A stretch of DNA of 64,000 bases, from the NCBI GenBank assembly GCA_951406725.2, contig OX597824.1, positions 24,118,001-24,182,000 on the forward strand, written 5' to 3'. Source of the stretch: Octopus vulgaris (lineage: Eukaryota). Under the pieces are notes generated by a model. The model made no database searches. It worked only from the letters and a program-made list of their open reading frames with translations, and had not been told where the DNA came from. The position numbers were made by a program, and so were the translations under genes. Positions 12,890 to 28,159 of the stretch are shown piece by piece (the first letter of the stretch is position 1; each line of letters starts with the position of its first letter).

Positions 12890-13232
12890 TGCTGTGTGGT
12901 AAGTACCTTGCTTACCAACCATATGGTTCCGGGCTCAGTCCAACTGCGTGGCACCTTGGGCAAGTGTCTTGTGAGTGGATTTGGTAAACGGAAACTGAAA
13001 GAAGCCCGTCATATATATGTATATATATATATATGTGTGTGTGTGTGTATGTTTGTGTGTCTGTGTTTGTCCCCCCAACATCGCTTGACCCCGTAACTTA
13101 GCGGTTCGGCAAAAAAGACCAATAGAATAAGTACTAGACTTACAAAGAATAAGTCCTGGGGTCGATTTCTTCGACTAAAGGCTGTGCTCCAGCATGGCCG
13201 CAGTCAAATAACTGAAACAAGTAAAAGAGTAT
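12890..13232 (+). mobile_element. OR/OK-like CORE SINE copy with internal deletions
   Basis: Same head, CORE and tail as 39031-39418. Confidence 0.75.
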
Positions 13233-13748
13233 ATATATATCGTTCAGTTTGCTTCTACCATATCCACACGCAAATCTGCTGGCGGCCCGTGGCAATAGAA
13301 GAAAGCATCTGGCCGAGGTGCGACGTAATGGAATTGAACTCGAAACCATGTGGTCGGGAAGCAAGTTTATTACCATATTTTTTGTATGGTGTTGTTATTG
13401 TTGTAGTCTCTGTGTAGGTCGCATACGACTGTTCGGGAAGAATGTAACACGTGTGATATAAAAATTGAAAAAAAAATATATGTTCTAACAGTGGTTTTCT
13501 ACTCTCGTGTGATTTTGTGTGGGAGGTGCGTCTTGTATGAGTGCGTGCGTGGGTATGTGTATGTGCGTGTGTGTGAAAGAGATAGGGGGTGACAGAGAAG
13601 GAGGGAAGGAGGGCAAGGGAGAGGGGGGTAGGGGAAGGGAAAGGTTGTAACAATCCACAGAACGTCAGCTGGATAATAATACTTTGTTTCACTGACTTGT
13701 GGCACAATCTGGTCAATACATAAGCCTCGTTTCTGATAGCTAAGCATA

Positions 13749-13805
<57 letters not shown>

Positions 13806-14032
13806 CGTGTGTGTGCGTGTGTGTGTGTGGGTTTGTTTGTGTTTGTGTGCGTGTGTGTGTGTGTATGCACACGCATACAAATGTATATTCTTCCACATGA
13901 GTATGTATATATATACACATATAAATATATATGCATATACACACACACATATACATGCATACATATATATATATATATATATGCACATGCATGCATGTAT
14001 ATTTATTTACACAGGCCCATATATACGCATAC

Positions 14033-14081
<49 letters not shown>

Positions 14082-14120
14082 CATATATATATATACATAT
14101 GTATATATATATATATATAT

Positions 14121-14194
<74 letters not shown>

Positions 14195-14308
14195 CATACA
14201 TATATATATAAATATATATGTATGCATGTATATATATATATATATATACATAACAAATAAAGAAATATCCACCAATGCGGTGTTGAGCACTCATTTACAA
14301 CGTTCGAC

Positions 14309-14367
<59 letters not shown>

Positions 14368-14600
14368 TGTGTGTGTGTGTGTGTGTGTCTAACTGCATAT
14401 CTTATGGCCAGTTGGGATAACTGACAGCTTTCACACTTCATATTCTGGAAATGTGTGACACAAAAATGTCTCGTTTTTTTACGGCACAATCAATGTCTAA
14501 CTATAGGAAATCATTGACAACCAAGATGGACCCAAAGGCCCAGTCTTCAAATACATCACTGCTACTGCTGCTGCTGCCACTACTACTACTACTACTACTG

Positions 14601-14662
<62 letters not shown>

Positions 14663-14941
14663 GCTACTACCAATAATACAGATGATGATGATGAATGTGG
14701 TTGTGCTGGTTGTGGTGGTGGTGGTGATGGTGATGGTGATGGTGGTGGTGGTGGTGGCGGTCGTCGTCGTCGTCGTCGTGGCTGTGCTGCTACTGCTGAA
14801 GGTGGTGATGATGATAATAGTCATGTTGATAACGACGGTGAGGAGGAGGGGAGGAGGAGGAGGAGGAGGAGGAGGAGGAGGAGAAAGAAGGGGAGGAAGT
14901 GGCGCAAGGCTATGCTACCGCTGCTGCCACTTTTGCTGTTA

Positions 14942-15338
<397 letters not shown>

Positions 15339-15535
15339 CGATGGGGATGGCAATTTCTCTCAATCGCATTAAGAGCATCATACGAGGGGGACATTTACAA
15401 GGACAGTTTACAATTTGGGTGAAAGGTAACATAATGGTGATAAGAAAAGGGAGTGGAAAGAAATGAAATGTCAAAATATCTGATCACACCAATGATCTTC
15501 TGTTCTGATACAGAAGGGCTAGCGAAGTGCAATCA

Positions 15536-15967
15536 AGGAACCCTACGTACCCAGGATCATCTTGACCACCAAGGGCACGAGTCCTCGTCCAGCTATTGTT
15601 CTCCAATCTATGGGCCCATGCTCAGAATAGCTCCAGGCATCCTACCCATTTTTACCAGCGTCATCCAACTTTTGTCTGAGGGAGAAAGTGGGGAGGGACC
15701 CCTTGTTAGCCAGACCTTGAAGTAGACATTGAAAAAGTCCATGAGGTACCCAAGGAACCCTATGTACCCAGGATCACCTTGAACAGCAAGGACACGAGTC
15801 CTCGCCCAGGTATTGTTCTCCAATCTATATGCCCAGGCTCAGAATAGCTCCAGGCATCCTAACCATTTTTACCAGCGTCATCCAACTTTTGGCTGAGGGA
15901 GAAAGTGGGGAGGGGCCACTTCTTAGCCAGACCTTGAAGTAGACATTGAAAAAGTCCATGAGGTACC
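15536..15967. repeat. Tandem duplication of a ~216-bp unique-looking unit (2 diverged copies)
   Basis: AAGGAACCCTA(C/T)GTACCCAGGATCA...AAAGTCCATGAGGTACC occurs twice head-to-tail. Confidence 0.9.
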
Positions 15968-16199
15968 TGTCTTCATTCTTTTCAGTCCCATTCATTCACA
16001 ATCTCTTTCACTATAACTATCAGAGAAAGGAACAACGTTTACACCGACTTGTTGAAGATGGGTTATGGTTTGATCCACAGGTTTAACTGGGGCGCTTGCT
16101 GCCAGGAATTCAACAAAACCATCTGGCATATAAACCGTAAATCCCATAGAGCTGACCATCCTAGCTGGCTGAAATATTCCTTAGCTACTACACACTACT

Positions 16200-16515
16200 T
16201 CTCGTATCTTCCCTAGTTTATGAAGGTGTTTTGTGATTGATGTATGACTTAGAATGAACTGTTTTGCTTTGGATTTTCTTCAGCTGTGTTTTTCAGGAGC
16301 TCAATATTAACCGAACTTGGTTTTCCAAATCGAAAAATGTCTGCGAGAGAAAAATTCCCCAGGCGTAGCTGAACAAACCAACATTTGCATGTTCAGACAC
16401 TTAAAACTTTGTTTCCATAAACAGAACAAATATTTAATGTTGTTTTCATAGCTGAACAGCACTTTTTGAATTCATACAGCATGCAATGTCTGATATGGGT
16501 CTCTTCTTCACACAT
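16200..16515 (-). pseudogene. Mariner-family transposase N-terminal HTH fragment (decayed)
   Basis: Manual translation MCEEETHIRHCMLYEFKKCCSAMKTTLNICSVYGNKVLSV*TCKCWFVQLRLGNFSLADIFRFGKP...ELLKNTAEENPKQ...SITKHLHKLGKI matches the Mos1/SETMAR-like HTH pattern; contains a stop and a deletion. Confidence 0.8.
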
Positions 16516-16672
16516 TTTAAACTGATAAAATGGAAACAAATTTAACCACAATGATATAAAAGAATCTGCAAATAAAGAGAAAAATCAGAATGCAAAAACT
16601 AATATCTATTTTAATGTAAGAATTACAAATGTACTCTCAGAAAGTTCATGTCAAAAATGATATAGGACTTTC

Positions 16673-16753
<81 letters not shown>

Positions 16754-16861
16754 ATAGACACGTGGTTCTCTACACCCACACATGCTTATTGAAAAATAAA
16801 AAGCAGACTGGCAGATATAGATCTATACAAATGGCTAGATTATCTATAAATATAAATTCAC

Positions 16862-16916
<55 letters not shown>

Positions 16917-17623
16917 GGGGCAGATTTGTTCGGCTAAAGGCGGTGCTCCAGCATGGCCGCAGTTAAATGACTGAAACAAGTAAAAGAATAAAATAATGTG
17001 TGTGTGTGTGTGTGTGTATTCCCAAAGAGAAGAGACAGGGAAACACAAAGAGAGTGAGAGAAAGAGAGTTGGAGAGAGAAAATAGAAACAGAGAGGGAAG
17101 GAGAAAACAAGAGAGATGAATATATGTATATATGTATGTATGTATGTATATATGTATGTATGTATGTATGTATGCATGTATGGATGTGTATGTATGTATG
17201 TTTGTATGTATGTATGTATGTATGTATGTTTGTATGTATGTATGTATGTATGTTTGTATGTATGTATGCATGTATGGATGTGTATGTATGTATGTTTGTA
17301 TGTATGTATGTTTGTATGTATGTATGTATGTATGTATGTTTGTATGTATGTATGTATGTGTGTGTATGTATGTATGTATGTATGTATGTATGTATGTATG
17401 TATGTATGTATGTTTGTATGTTTGTATGTATGTATGTATGTTTGTATGTATGTATGTATGTGTGTGTATGTATGTATATATGTATGTATGTATGCATGCA
17501 TGTATGTATTTATGTCAACCCTCTATCCCTCTTCACATGCAGTTGTTGATGTGGGGGTGTCTGAATATAGATTTGAATATATAAAAACTTGTATACAAAT
17601 AAAACAAATACATACACAAGCAC

Positions 17624-17689
<66 letters not shown>

Positions 17690-17894
17690 GCACAAACATC
17701 CATGTAAACACAGGGACTAAACTCTTGAGCCAATCAAATATATGCACATATACAGGACATCGGGCAAACTACATCCATAGACACGTGGTTCTCTACGCCC
17801 ACACACACCTATTGAAAAATAAAAAGCAGACTGGCAGATATAGATCTATACAACTATACAAATGGCTAGAGTATCTATAAATATAAATTCCCCC

Positions 17895-17953
<59 letters not shown>

Positions 17954-17993
17954 TTCTCTCTGTATCTCTATCTCTCTCTCTCTCCATATATAA

Positions 17994-18044
<51 letters not shown>

Positions 18045-18171
18045 AAAAAAATAGTTGAGATGGCTGTTTTGAGGATAATATATATATTTTAATAAAAATT
18101 ATCCCCCCAAAGCCAGCTTTGCTCATGTTTTTAAATATATAATATTGTACCAAGAAGTTTCTTTTTATTAT

Positions 18172-18293
<122 letters not shown>

Positions 18294-18375
18294 TATATAT
18301 ATCCATATCATATATATACGTATATATATATAACATATATGCATATATATACAATATATATATATATATATATAT

Positions 18376-18423
<48 letters not shown>

Positions 18424-18509
18424 GAGAGGGTGGACAAACGATAGAAAGACACTCAACAAATTTATTGGGTGTTACATGTATGAATCAAAACAGTTTGATT
18501 CAAATTCGT

Positions 18510-18550
18510 TGGTACTCTTGAGTTTCAAGCGTGATGCTAGTCGTCAGCCA
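18510..18550 (-). ncRNA. Minimal type-I hammerhead ribozyme in an element next to (TA)n
   Basis: Minus strand: tgg-CTGACGA-ct-agc(atcac)gct-t-GAAA-ctc(aa)gag-TA-cca. Confidence 0.7.
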
Positions 18551-18761
18551 TTTCCAACCGATGTTGGTGTTTACGTCCCAGTAACATAGCGGTTCGGCAA
18601 AATAGATCGATAGAATAAGAACTTGCAAAGTTTGGAAGTTGTAACTAAATTCCAAAGAATAAGTCCTGAGGTCAACTTATTCGAGTAAAGGCGGTGCTGC
18701 AGCACAGCCGCAGTCTCAAATGACTGAAACAAGTAAAAAAAAAAATAAAAGAATATTACTA

Positions 18762-19168
18762 TTTCACTCTTTTACTTGTTGCAGTCATTTGACTGCGGCC
18801 ATGCTGGAGCACCGCCTTTAGTCGAGCAAATCGACCCCAGGACTTATTCTTTGTAAGCCTAGTACTTATTCTATCGGTCTCTTTTGCCGAACTGCTAAGT
18901 GGCGGCGACGTAAACACACCAGCATCGGTTGTCAAGCGATGTTTGGGGGACAAACACAGACACACAAACATACACACACACACACACACACATATATACA
19001 TATATATATATACATATACACATATATACGACGGGCTTCTTTCAGTTTCCGTCTACCAAATCCACTCACAAGGCTTTGGTCGACCCGGGGCTATAGTAGA
19101 AGACACTCGCCCAAGATGCCACGCAGTGGGACTGAACCCGGAACCATGTGGCTGGTAAGCAAGCTACT
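18762..19168 (-). mobile_element. OR/OK-like CORE SINE
   Basis: Near-complete copy of the family, with an internal (CA)/(TA) tract. Confidence 0.85.
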
Positions 19169-19489
19169 TATGTATGTATGTATGCATGCATTTATGCATG
19201 TATGCATGTATGTATGCATGTATGTATGTATGAATGTATGTATGTATGTACGTATGTATGTATGTATGTACGTATGTATGTATGTATATATGTATGTATG
19301 CATGTATGTATGTATGTACGTATGTATGTATGTATGTATGTATGTATGTATGTATGTATGTATGTATGTATGTATGTATGTGTGTATGTATGTATGTATG
19401 TATGTATGTATGTATGTATGTATGTATTTATTTATATCTTAGCTGCTTTCTCGTAAACGAGCAAAGCCATTGCTAGAAAGAATCGCTAA

Positions 19490-20950
19490 AATCAGTCAAT
19501 GTTGATGCAATGTGAGGCACTTGTATGACTTTTGAGCCCGGCGAAAATTTTGAGCATACTATTATATAATGCTGTGCTGGCTGGCTGGCTGGCAGAAGAA
19601 ACAGGTGCCACAGTATGAACTCTTCTGACATTCCTTTTCAATCCTCCAGCTGAGAGGCACACCTTTCCACATGTTGCGCATATACTATTGTGAACATTAG
19701 CCCTATCACAATTCACCATGGGCCGATTCCTATGAGTTCTCTGATGGCTGACCAAAACCGCACGACTCAAGCATCTCTTCCAACAAACCACACACTCCCT
19801 CATTCTCCGCAGGTTCATTCTTTTTTAAGCCTTCGCCTAATCTTCTCGTGCTTCGTTCTCTTTCCCTCAGACCTCGAACAACCACTGTGCACTCTTCTCC
19901 TCCATCCATTTCGGTCTTGTGCTTCCGTCTCCCAATCAACAACTGAAATTTCTGTCTATGTCAGAGCAATTCTGAGGCAGTCCTCGAACCTCATTTTGTG
20001 TTTATGTGCTGGTCTCCTACCACCTTCTGGTTCACCATATAAAAGTTGCTTGGGTAGTCTTTCATCATTCATTCTTACCAGATGTCCACCCTACCTCAAA
20101 AGACTTTGTAGAATCATTTATTCTCCACTTCTACTACCACATCTCTCAAGTACCTCCACATCACTGATGGCCATTTTCGTGTAACCTCTCGAAAGAGTTG
20201 TTCTTCACTCCTGCTCCAGAGCGTCGGCTGCGGGGTCATTCCGAAAAGCTCTATCTGCGACGATTTCATCTCAATCGAAGGAGAGGGGCTTTCTCCGTCC
20301 GGGTTGCGGATCCGTGGAACAAGCTGCCAGACGAGATGGTGAAGCTGCCAGACGAGATGGTGAAGCTGCCAGACGAGATGATCAAGATGCCGACGACCGT
20401 TTTGTTCAAAGTCTCCCTTGACCTCAAGTGGCCTGAACTCTTTACATGAACACCACCCTGTACATAACTCCATGTCCCCCTGCATGGCCTTGCTTTTTGC
20501 GTTTTGAGCCAAAAATTAACTAACTAACTAACCAACTAACTAAGAATTTCCTCAAGACAAAATTGATGATATCGTTCCAGATGCCTTAAATCCCTACGAT
20601 AACCAACCCAGGTCTCATTTCCATATAGCAAAAATGGCAGGACGCATATTTCATAAGCCCTAAATTTAATTTGGAAAGATAAACTATGGTGTGACCAGAG
20701 TCGCTTGTCAAGCCTACCAAAAGCACTACTAGCCTTGCTGATTCTATAAGAAATTTCATCATCAAGAACAGCAGTGCTCAAAGTACTTCCTAAATAAATT
20801 AATTTAGTTACAACTTCCAGCCTTTGACCATTCACAGTTATAGAAGGTTCCAGATAAAGCTTAGAAGAAGTAGGCTGGTACATTAAAACAGTTGTTTCTT
20901 TTCAACTTGATTTCAAGGCCCAATGCTGTACATGCTGCAAAAATCGCATT
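19490..20950 (-). mobile_element. RTE (BovB-like) LINE 3' fragment, decayed and split by a CR1 insertion
   Basis: ORF track ITVNGQRLEVVTKLIYLGSTLS...ISKASSAFGRL...LLYGNETW; continues as GHLVRMNDERLPKQLLYGE; C-terminal C2H2-like fingers (CVVCWKRC...SHQRTH). Confidence 0.85.
20188..20541 (+). mobile_element. CR1/L2-clade LINE 3' end nested in the RTE
   Basis: RLRGHSEKLYLRRFHLNRRRGAFSVRVADPWNKLP is the CR1-type C-terminus; (AACT)n tail; internal 21-bp triplication. Confidence 0.85.
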
Positions 20951-20954
20951 CATG

Positions 20955-20999
<45 letters not shown>

Positions 21000-21039
21000 C
21001 CACCAGACACATTTTTCTCTCCTTGTTTTTTCTGTGTCC

Positions 21040-21075
21040 CTTTCTGTAGAAGTGCGTAGGCTCGAAATGTAAAAG
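21040..21075 (+). ncRNA. Hammerhead-like motif (A6U variant, partly decayed) in a ~175-bp element in (TA)n
   Basis: cttt-CTGTAGA-a-gtgc(gtag)gctc-GAAA-tg-TA-aaag; same family as 30201-30238. Confidence 0.6.
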
Positions 21076-21444
21076 ACTTTTCCTATTCCTGAGCGTTATA
21101 CTAACACATTTGTTTGTTTTGTACACCACCTGTCTCCGTCTTTTGTTGTTTTTTTTTCGTAAACTCTCCCGATACATACATACATATACATATTAAAGAA
21201 AAAACACTATTATTTAATTCAAGCAATGACAGACGTAAATCATACCATATAGAAAAAATAAAATATACCATAAAACATTTACATAGATCATAATAAAGAA
21301 CATAATAATAAACAGTATATAATTAATAAATAGACTACGTTAAAATGTACATACATGAACATATATATAATCCTATTTATATTGTTAAATTTGATTTAAT
21401 ACAAAATTGAATTTTTCCCTGTAAGTTTGGAGCTATACTCCCTG

Positions 21445-21540
<96 letters not shown>

Positions 21541-21707
21541 ATACAGTGTACGTTCAAACACAAAAGAGATACCAGAAGAATAGGATATCTGACTCGCTAG
21601 AAAGAGCAGTTAAAACTCCAAGCCACCAATTTTTTTTTCTCGCTAGACCACTAGTAACTAAGAATTTTTCGATGAATATTCTTGCTACCCTAAGATTTTA
21701 ATTAATA

Positions 21708-22122
21708 GTGTGGTAAGTAGCTTGCTAACCAGCATGGTTCCAGGTTCAGTCCCACTGCGTGGCATCTTGGGCAAGTGTCTTCTGCTATAGCCTCGGGCCG
21801 ACCAATGCCTTGTGAGTGGATTTGGTAGACGGAAACTGAAAGAAGCCTGTCGTATATATGTATATATATATGTGTGTGTGTGTGTGTGTATGTGTGTGTG
21901 TGTGTGTTTGTGTGTCTGTATTTGACCCCCTAGCATTGCTTGACAACCGATGCTGGAGTGTTTACGTCCCCGTCACTTAGCGGTCCGGCAAAAGAGACCG
22001 ATAGAATAAGTACTGGGTTTACAAGAATAAGTCCCGGAGTCGATTTGCTCGACTAAAGGCGGTTCTCCAGCATAGCCGCAGTCAAATGACTGAAACAAGT
22101 AAAAGAGTAAAGAGTAAAAGAG
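21708..22122 (+). mobile_element. OR/OK-like CORE SINE
   Basis: Head, CORE, internal microsatellite and (GAGTAAAA)n tail. Confidence 0.85.
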
Positions 22123-22386
22123 TATATATATATATATATATATATATATACAAGATAAGAAAATGGAGAAATACATCAAAATCAAATATCAATTACCAGA
22201 TAATACTCAATCACATACTTTATTAAACCACCATATAAGAGACTGTGGGGTTAAACATAAAAAAGCAGAACAAATCAGTGTACATAAAGGAATGTAAATA
22301 AAAGAGTAATGTTGTATAATAAGTAGAATATATATATAAAAAAGAGAATATAAATATAAGTAAGTATAAATATAAATATAGATTAG

Positions 22387-22513
22387 ATCTTACAGCTGTT
22401 TCGGCCATGTAGATAAGTATGTCTCATTTTACCAATATTAGCCTTTTATGGTAGGTCAATATATTGATATAAATGAGACATTTACAAAAATATCATAAGG
22501 CCTCTTCGGCGAT
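22387..22513 (-). ncRNA. Hammerhead ribozyme with a ~90-nt extended stem II
   Basis: Minus strand: atcg-CCGAAGA-ggcc-[~92 nt including an atgtctcattt/aaatgagacat helix]-ggcc-GAAA-cagctg-TA-agat. Confidence 0.65.
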
Positions 22514-22531
22514 TATGTAATATAAATCGGT

Positions 22532-24198
<1,667 letters not shown>

Positions 24199-25329
24199 AT
24201 GTGTGCGTGTGTGTGTGTGTGTGTGTGTTTGTGCCTGCGTTTCTCTCCCGCCACCGCTTGACAACTGGCGCTGGTGTGTTTGCATCTCCGAAACTTAGGT
24301 GGGGGTGGGTTTCAGCAAAATAAAAAGAAAAAAAGAAAACATCAACAGAATATGCACCAGGGTCAAGAAGAAATAGATAAATGCCCAGAGTCAATTCATT
24401 CAACGTAAAATTCTTCAAGACACTACTCCAGCATGGCCGCAGTAAAAGATAAAAGGTATATTTACAAGCTGTGAAAAGAGACTTTTGCAATCTTGGCGTA
24501 TTTACTGTATTGCTATCAATGAGAAGTATGTTTGTATTAATTTAATTTTAAATATTTAAAAAATCACTGGTTTATTTTATTTTGATGTTATTTTATATTC
24601 TAAGTTTATTTTTAGCGACATATTTATTCTAATGTTTCTTTAACTAAAATTCGCTCTACAAATGACTTGTTGGCCATGATAGCTACTGTGCCTCGGGCTC
24701 TAAAAGAAGATTCACCTGCAAAATATATAACTTAAGAGTCGAATCACACTTTGTGTATGTAATATAGGTAGACATATTCAAAATGATTAATTTCAAAAAT
24801 ACGTATTTAAAAATATCATAAATTATGTTAGGTATACATTTTTTTAAACTTTACTTTTCTATATGATAAAATTCATCTGTAATGAGCACTTAGAAAACCG
24901 ATGCTTGTCTTTTATTATCGTTTATCAAAAAATTTATAACTTATAATTATTTGTTATTCTTTTTTTTTTTTTTTGATAATTAACGATTGCTTCAAGTATA
25001 TTTTATGGAGACATGTAAAAAGTAACATTTATTTAAAGAAATATCGTTGTAAAGGATACGTCATGTGATTCAAGGTCGAAGCAAATATGAACGGTAAAAC
25101 GTATTTCCATAAACTCTGAGTTTCATTACAAATGGATATTTATAATTAATTATCGCAAAAATAAATTTATGTAGAGATATCAAAATTCTTTATAAAAAAA
25201 ACGTCGTTATAACATTTTTTTTCGTACATATTAAAAAAACATTAATAATATCTTCAAAAGCGCAGGCATAACTGCGTAGTTTATAAGCTATGATTTGGAC
25301 AGATTAACACTTAGCCAGAGCGTTTGGGA

Positions 25330-26410
25330 TCAAACTGCTACACTACTGTATTGATCAGCTCCATAAGCGTCGTGCAACCCGCTACGCCAAAGTACTACTT
25401 TGGCCCCTTAAAAGTGACAAATACGTCGGATCGGGTTGCCAGCGACAAAGCCACTCGCATATAGACTTGTTCAACCACAAGAGACATTCTGATTTCCATC
25501 CAGCCATCCTGGACGGTCGTTGGGGTAGAATTATCAGGCACCTCCTCCATGAGGTCCTATCAAAAGCAACCGTCAATTTGCGGATGAATTCCCAAGTATG
25601 ATCATCTGTGACTATTGATGGTATCGAACCATTTCATTCTTGGTCTACCCGTAGGTTGCCCGCCAGCAGGCTCAGCTTCAAGTGAAGAATCCGTCTTACG
25701 ATCCTATCCTACGACATTCTAACCACATGTCCATAGTATCTGAGCTGTGACCTCTCAATCCCGAGAGGTAGCGGCTCAACCTGGAAAGAGACCCTGATCT
25801 TCAAGTTACGTACACCATCGAGTAACATTATTCCAGAGATATTCAGGTACCCATTTTGGATGCTTGGATGCTTATGATCGCGATCAAGCTCTTTCGGTCA
25901 ATACCCAATATTCATGACTATAGGTGAGGATAGGCACGAAAACCGAATTGAAAATAGCAAGTTTGGCTTTTTTCTTCTTTTATCAACCTCGCCTCTTCTA
26001 AAGATCGAACCCTGAAGCTAGCAGATTACTGTAACAGCACTTACAATTCTAGCATCTAATCTAGTCTCCGGCTTTCCATAACTCGTGAATACTTTAGCAT
26101 TTAAACCGGCTAATTCAGGCCCAGATATTCTACCTGATGTTCAAACCAGCCAGATCAGGTTCCTTACACTTGCCCTGCAATGTCATTCTAAAAATAAACA
26201 ATCCCATCATCGAAATTTTGATGCTACAAGATAATCCATGATTATTTCAAAACAAAGCGAATGAATAAGCATTATATTTGACAGAATAATTTGAATGCTA
26301 ACGGGTTAAATGTTCCACTTGCCTCATTGATATTCTACAGGCGTTGCGAAGCGCCCTGGGAAGACTTTCTCGAGAGGAACAATGTCTTGGTCTTCGCAAC
26401 ACTTCTCATC
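25330..26410 (-). mobile_element. Decayed RTE-type LINE 3' fragment, interrupted at ~26095-26310
   Basis: Minus translations AKTKTLFLSR, ETRLDARIVSA, QLRYYGHVVRMS*DRIVRRIL and AFDRTSWRR are typical of the RTE RT C-terminus. Confidence 0.7.
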
Positions 26411-26983
26411 ATGACAATCAGGAAAATTAATTAGAGAAAGAACACTCGAATCCCATTGACACAGTCCATCATCATCATCATCATCATAATTTAGATTGAA
26501 TTAAGGCGGCAAGTGCTGGCAGAAACGTTAGAACGCAGGGTAAAAATGTTTAGAGGTATTTCGTCTGCCGCTACGTTCTGAGTTCAAATTCCGCCGAGGT
26601 CGACTTTGCCTTTCATCCTTTCGGAGTCGATAAAATACGTATCAGTTGAGTACCGAAAGTCAATATAATCAAAAGATTTATTTAAAAAGCACTACGACGG
26701 CGAGCTGGCAGAATCGACAGCAAATCGGGCAAGTGTTTAGTGGCAAGTGTTTAGTCTTTACGTTCTGAGTTCAAATTCCGCTGAGGTCCACTTTGCCTCT
26801 TATCCTTTCGGAATCGATGAAAAACGTACCAGTTGAACAATGGAGTCGGTGTAATCAACTATACCGCTTCACCAAAATTTCAGGCCTATACTAGAAAAGA
26901 TTATTCGTATAGTATGTGTATGGCTGAGTCAAGGCGCGCAGTCGTTTTGGTACCGCACTCACGATAACAACATCGCAGTTTCC

Positions 26984-27589
26984 TATTTCTTTATTGCCCC
27001 TGAAGTGGCTAAACATAGAGGGGACAAACAAGGACAGACAAACGGATTAAGTCGATTACAACGACCCCAGTACGTAACTGGTACTTAATTTATCGACCCC
27101 GAAAGAATGAAAGGCAAAGTCGACCTCGGCGGAATTTGAACTCAGAACGTAACGGCAGACGAAATACCTATTTCTTTACTACCCACAAGGGGCTAAACAC
27201 AGAGAGGACAAACAAGGACAGACAAACGGATTAAGTTGATTATATCGACCCCAGTGCGTAACTGGTACTTATTTAATTGACCCCGAAAGGATGAAAGGCA
27301 AAGTCGACCTCGGCGGAATTTGAACTCAGAACGTAGCGGCAGACGAAATACCTGTTTCTTTATTACCCACAAGGGGCTAAACACAGAGGGGGAAAACAAG
27401 GACAGACAAACGGATTAAGTCGATTACATCGACCCCAGTGCGTAACAAGTACTTAATTTATGGACCTCTAAAGGATGAAATGGCAAAGTCGACCTCGGCG
27501 GAATTTGAACTCAGGACGTAGCGGCAGATGAAATACCGCTAAGCATTTCGTCCGGCGTGCAAACGTTTCTGCCAGCACTTACCGCCTTA
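26984..27589 (-). mobile_element. Three-unit tandem SINE array flanked by one 18-bp TSD, inserted in another SINE head
   Basis: TSD AACAACATCGCAGTTTCC at 26966-26983 and 27590-27607. Confidence 0.85.
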
Positions 27590-28159
27590 AACAACATCGC
27601 AGTTTCCATTTCCAGACAAGGTAGTGCGTTGTGTTCTTGAGCAAAACAGTTTCTTTCAAGTCGCTCTGCGAAAACTTAGACATCTGGCGTATGGCGTACC
27701 GTGCATCTGTACAATCAATGTCGATTTGATGGAGGGAATGAGCTAATATACAGCATATACATTAGCTCACTATAAACAAATCATCTTTGCCATTTGCTTT
27801 GCATAAGGTTACAGAGTCCTCATCCGTCGTCTAAATCAGGTCGGTCTACTATGTTTGAGCACTTTTGTTGCTTCTCGGACTTCGTACATACGTTCGTTGT
27901 TAAAGTACAAAGACTATAAATTTGGTTACACTAAAGTGCATGACCCTATGTTATGATTCTAGAAATGAGATATTAAGATATCAAACTATGAGAAAGAGAC
28001 ATTGAAAGAGAGAGACACAGATATATCAGAACTTATTGTTTCGTATCAGAAGGTCATCGGCAATACATCATCATCTGTGTTTGTTATTGGTGAGTTTACG
28101 GTATGATGTTCAGCGTGTGTGTGAGTTGTACGTTTCCTTGTGTGTGTAGGTGTGTGTGT

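Noticed and set aside
19492-19818. Host C2H2 zinc-finger gene
   Set aside because: Contiguous with a decayed RTE RT, contains frameshifts, and is better explained as the LINE C-terminus.
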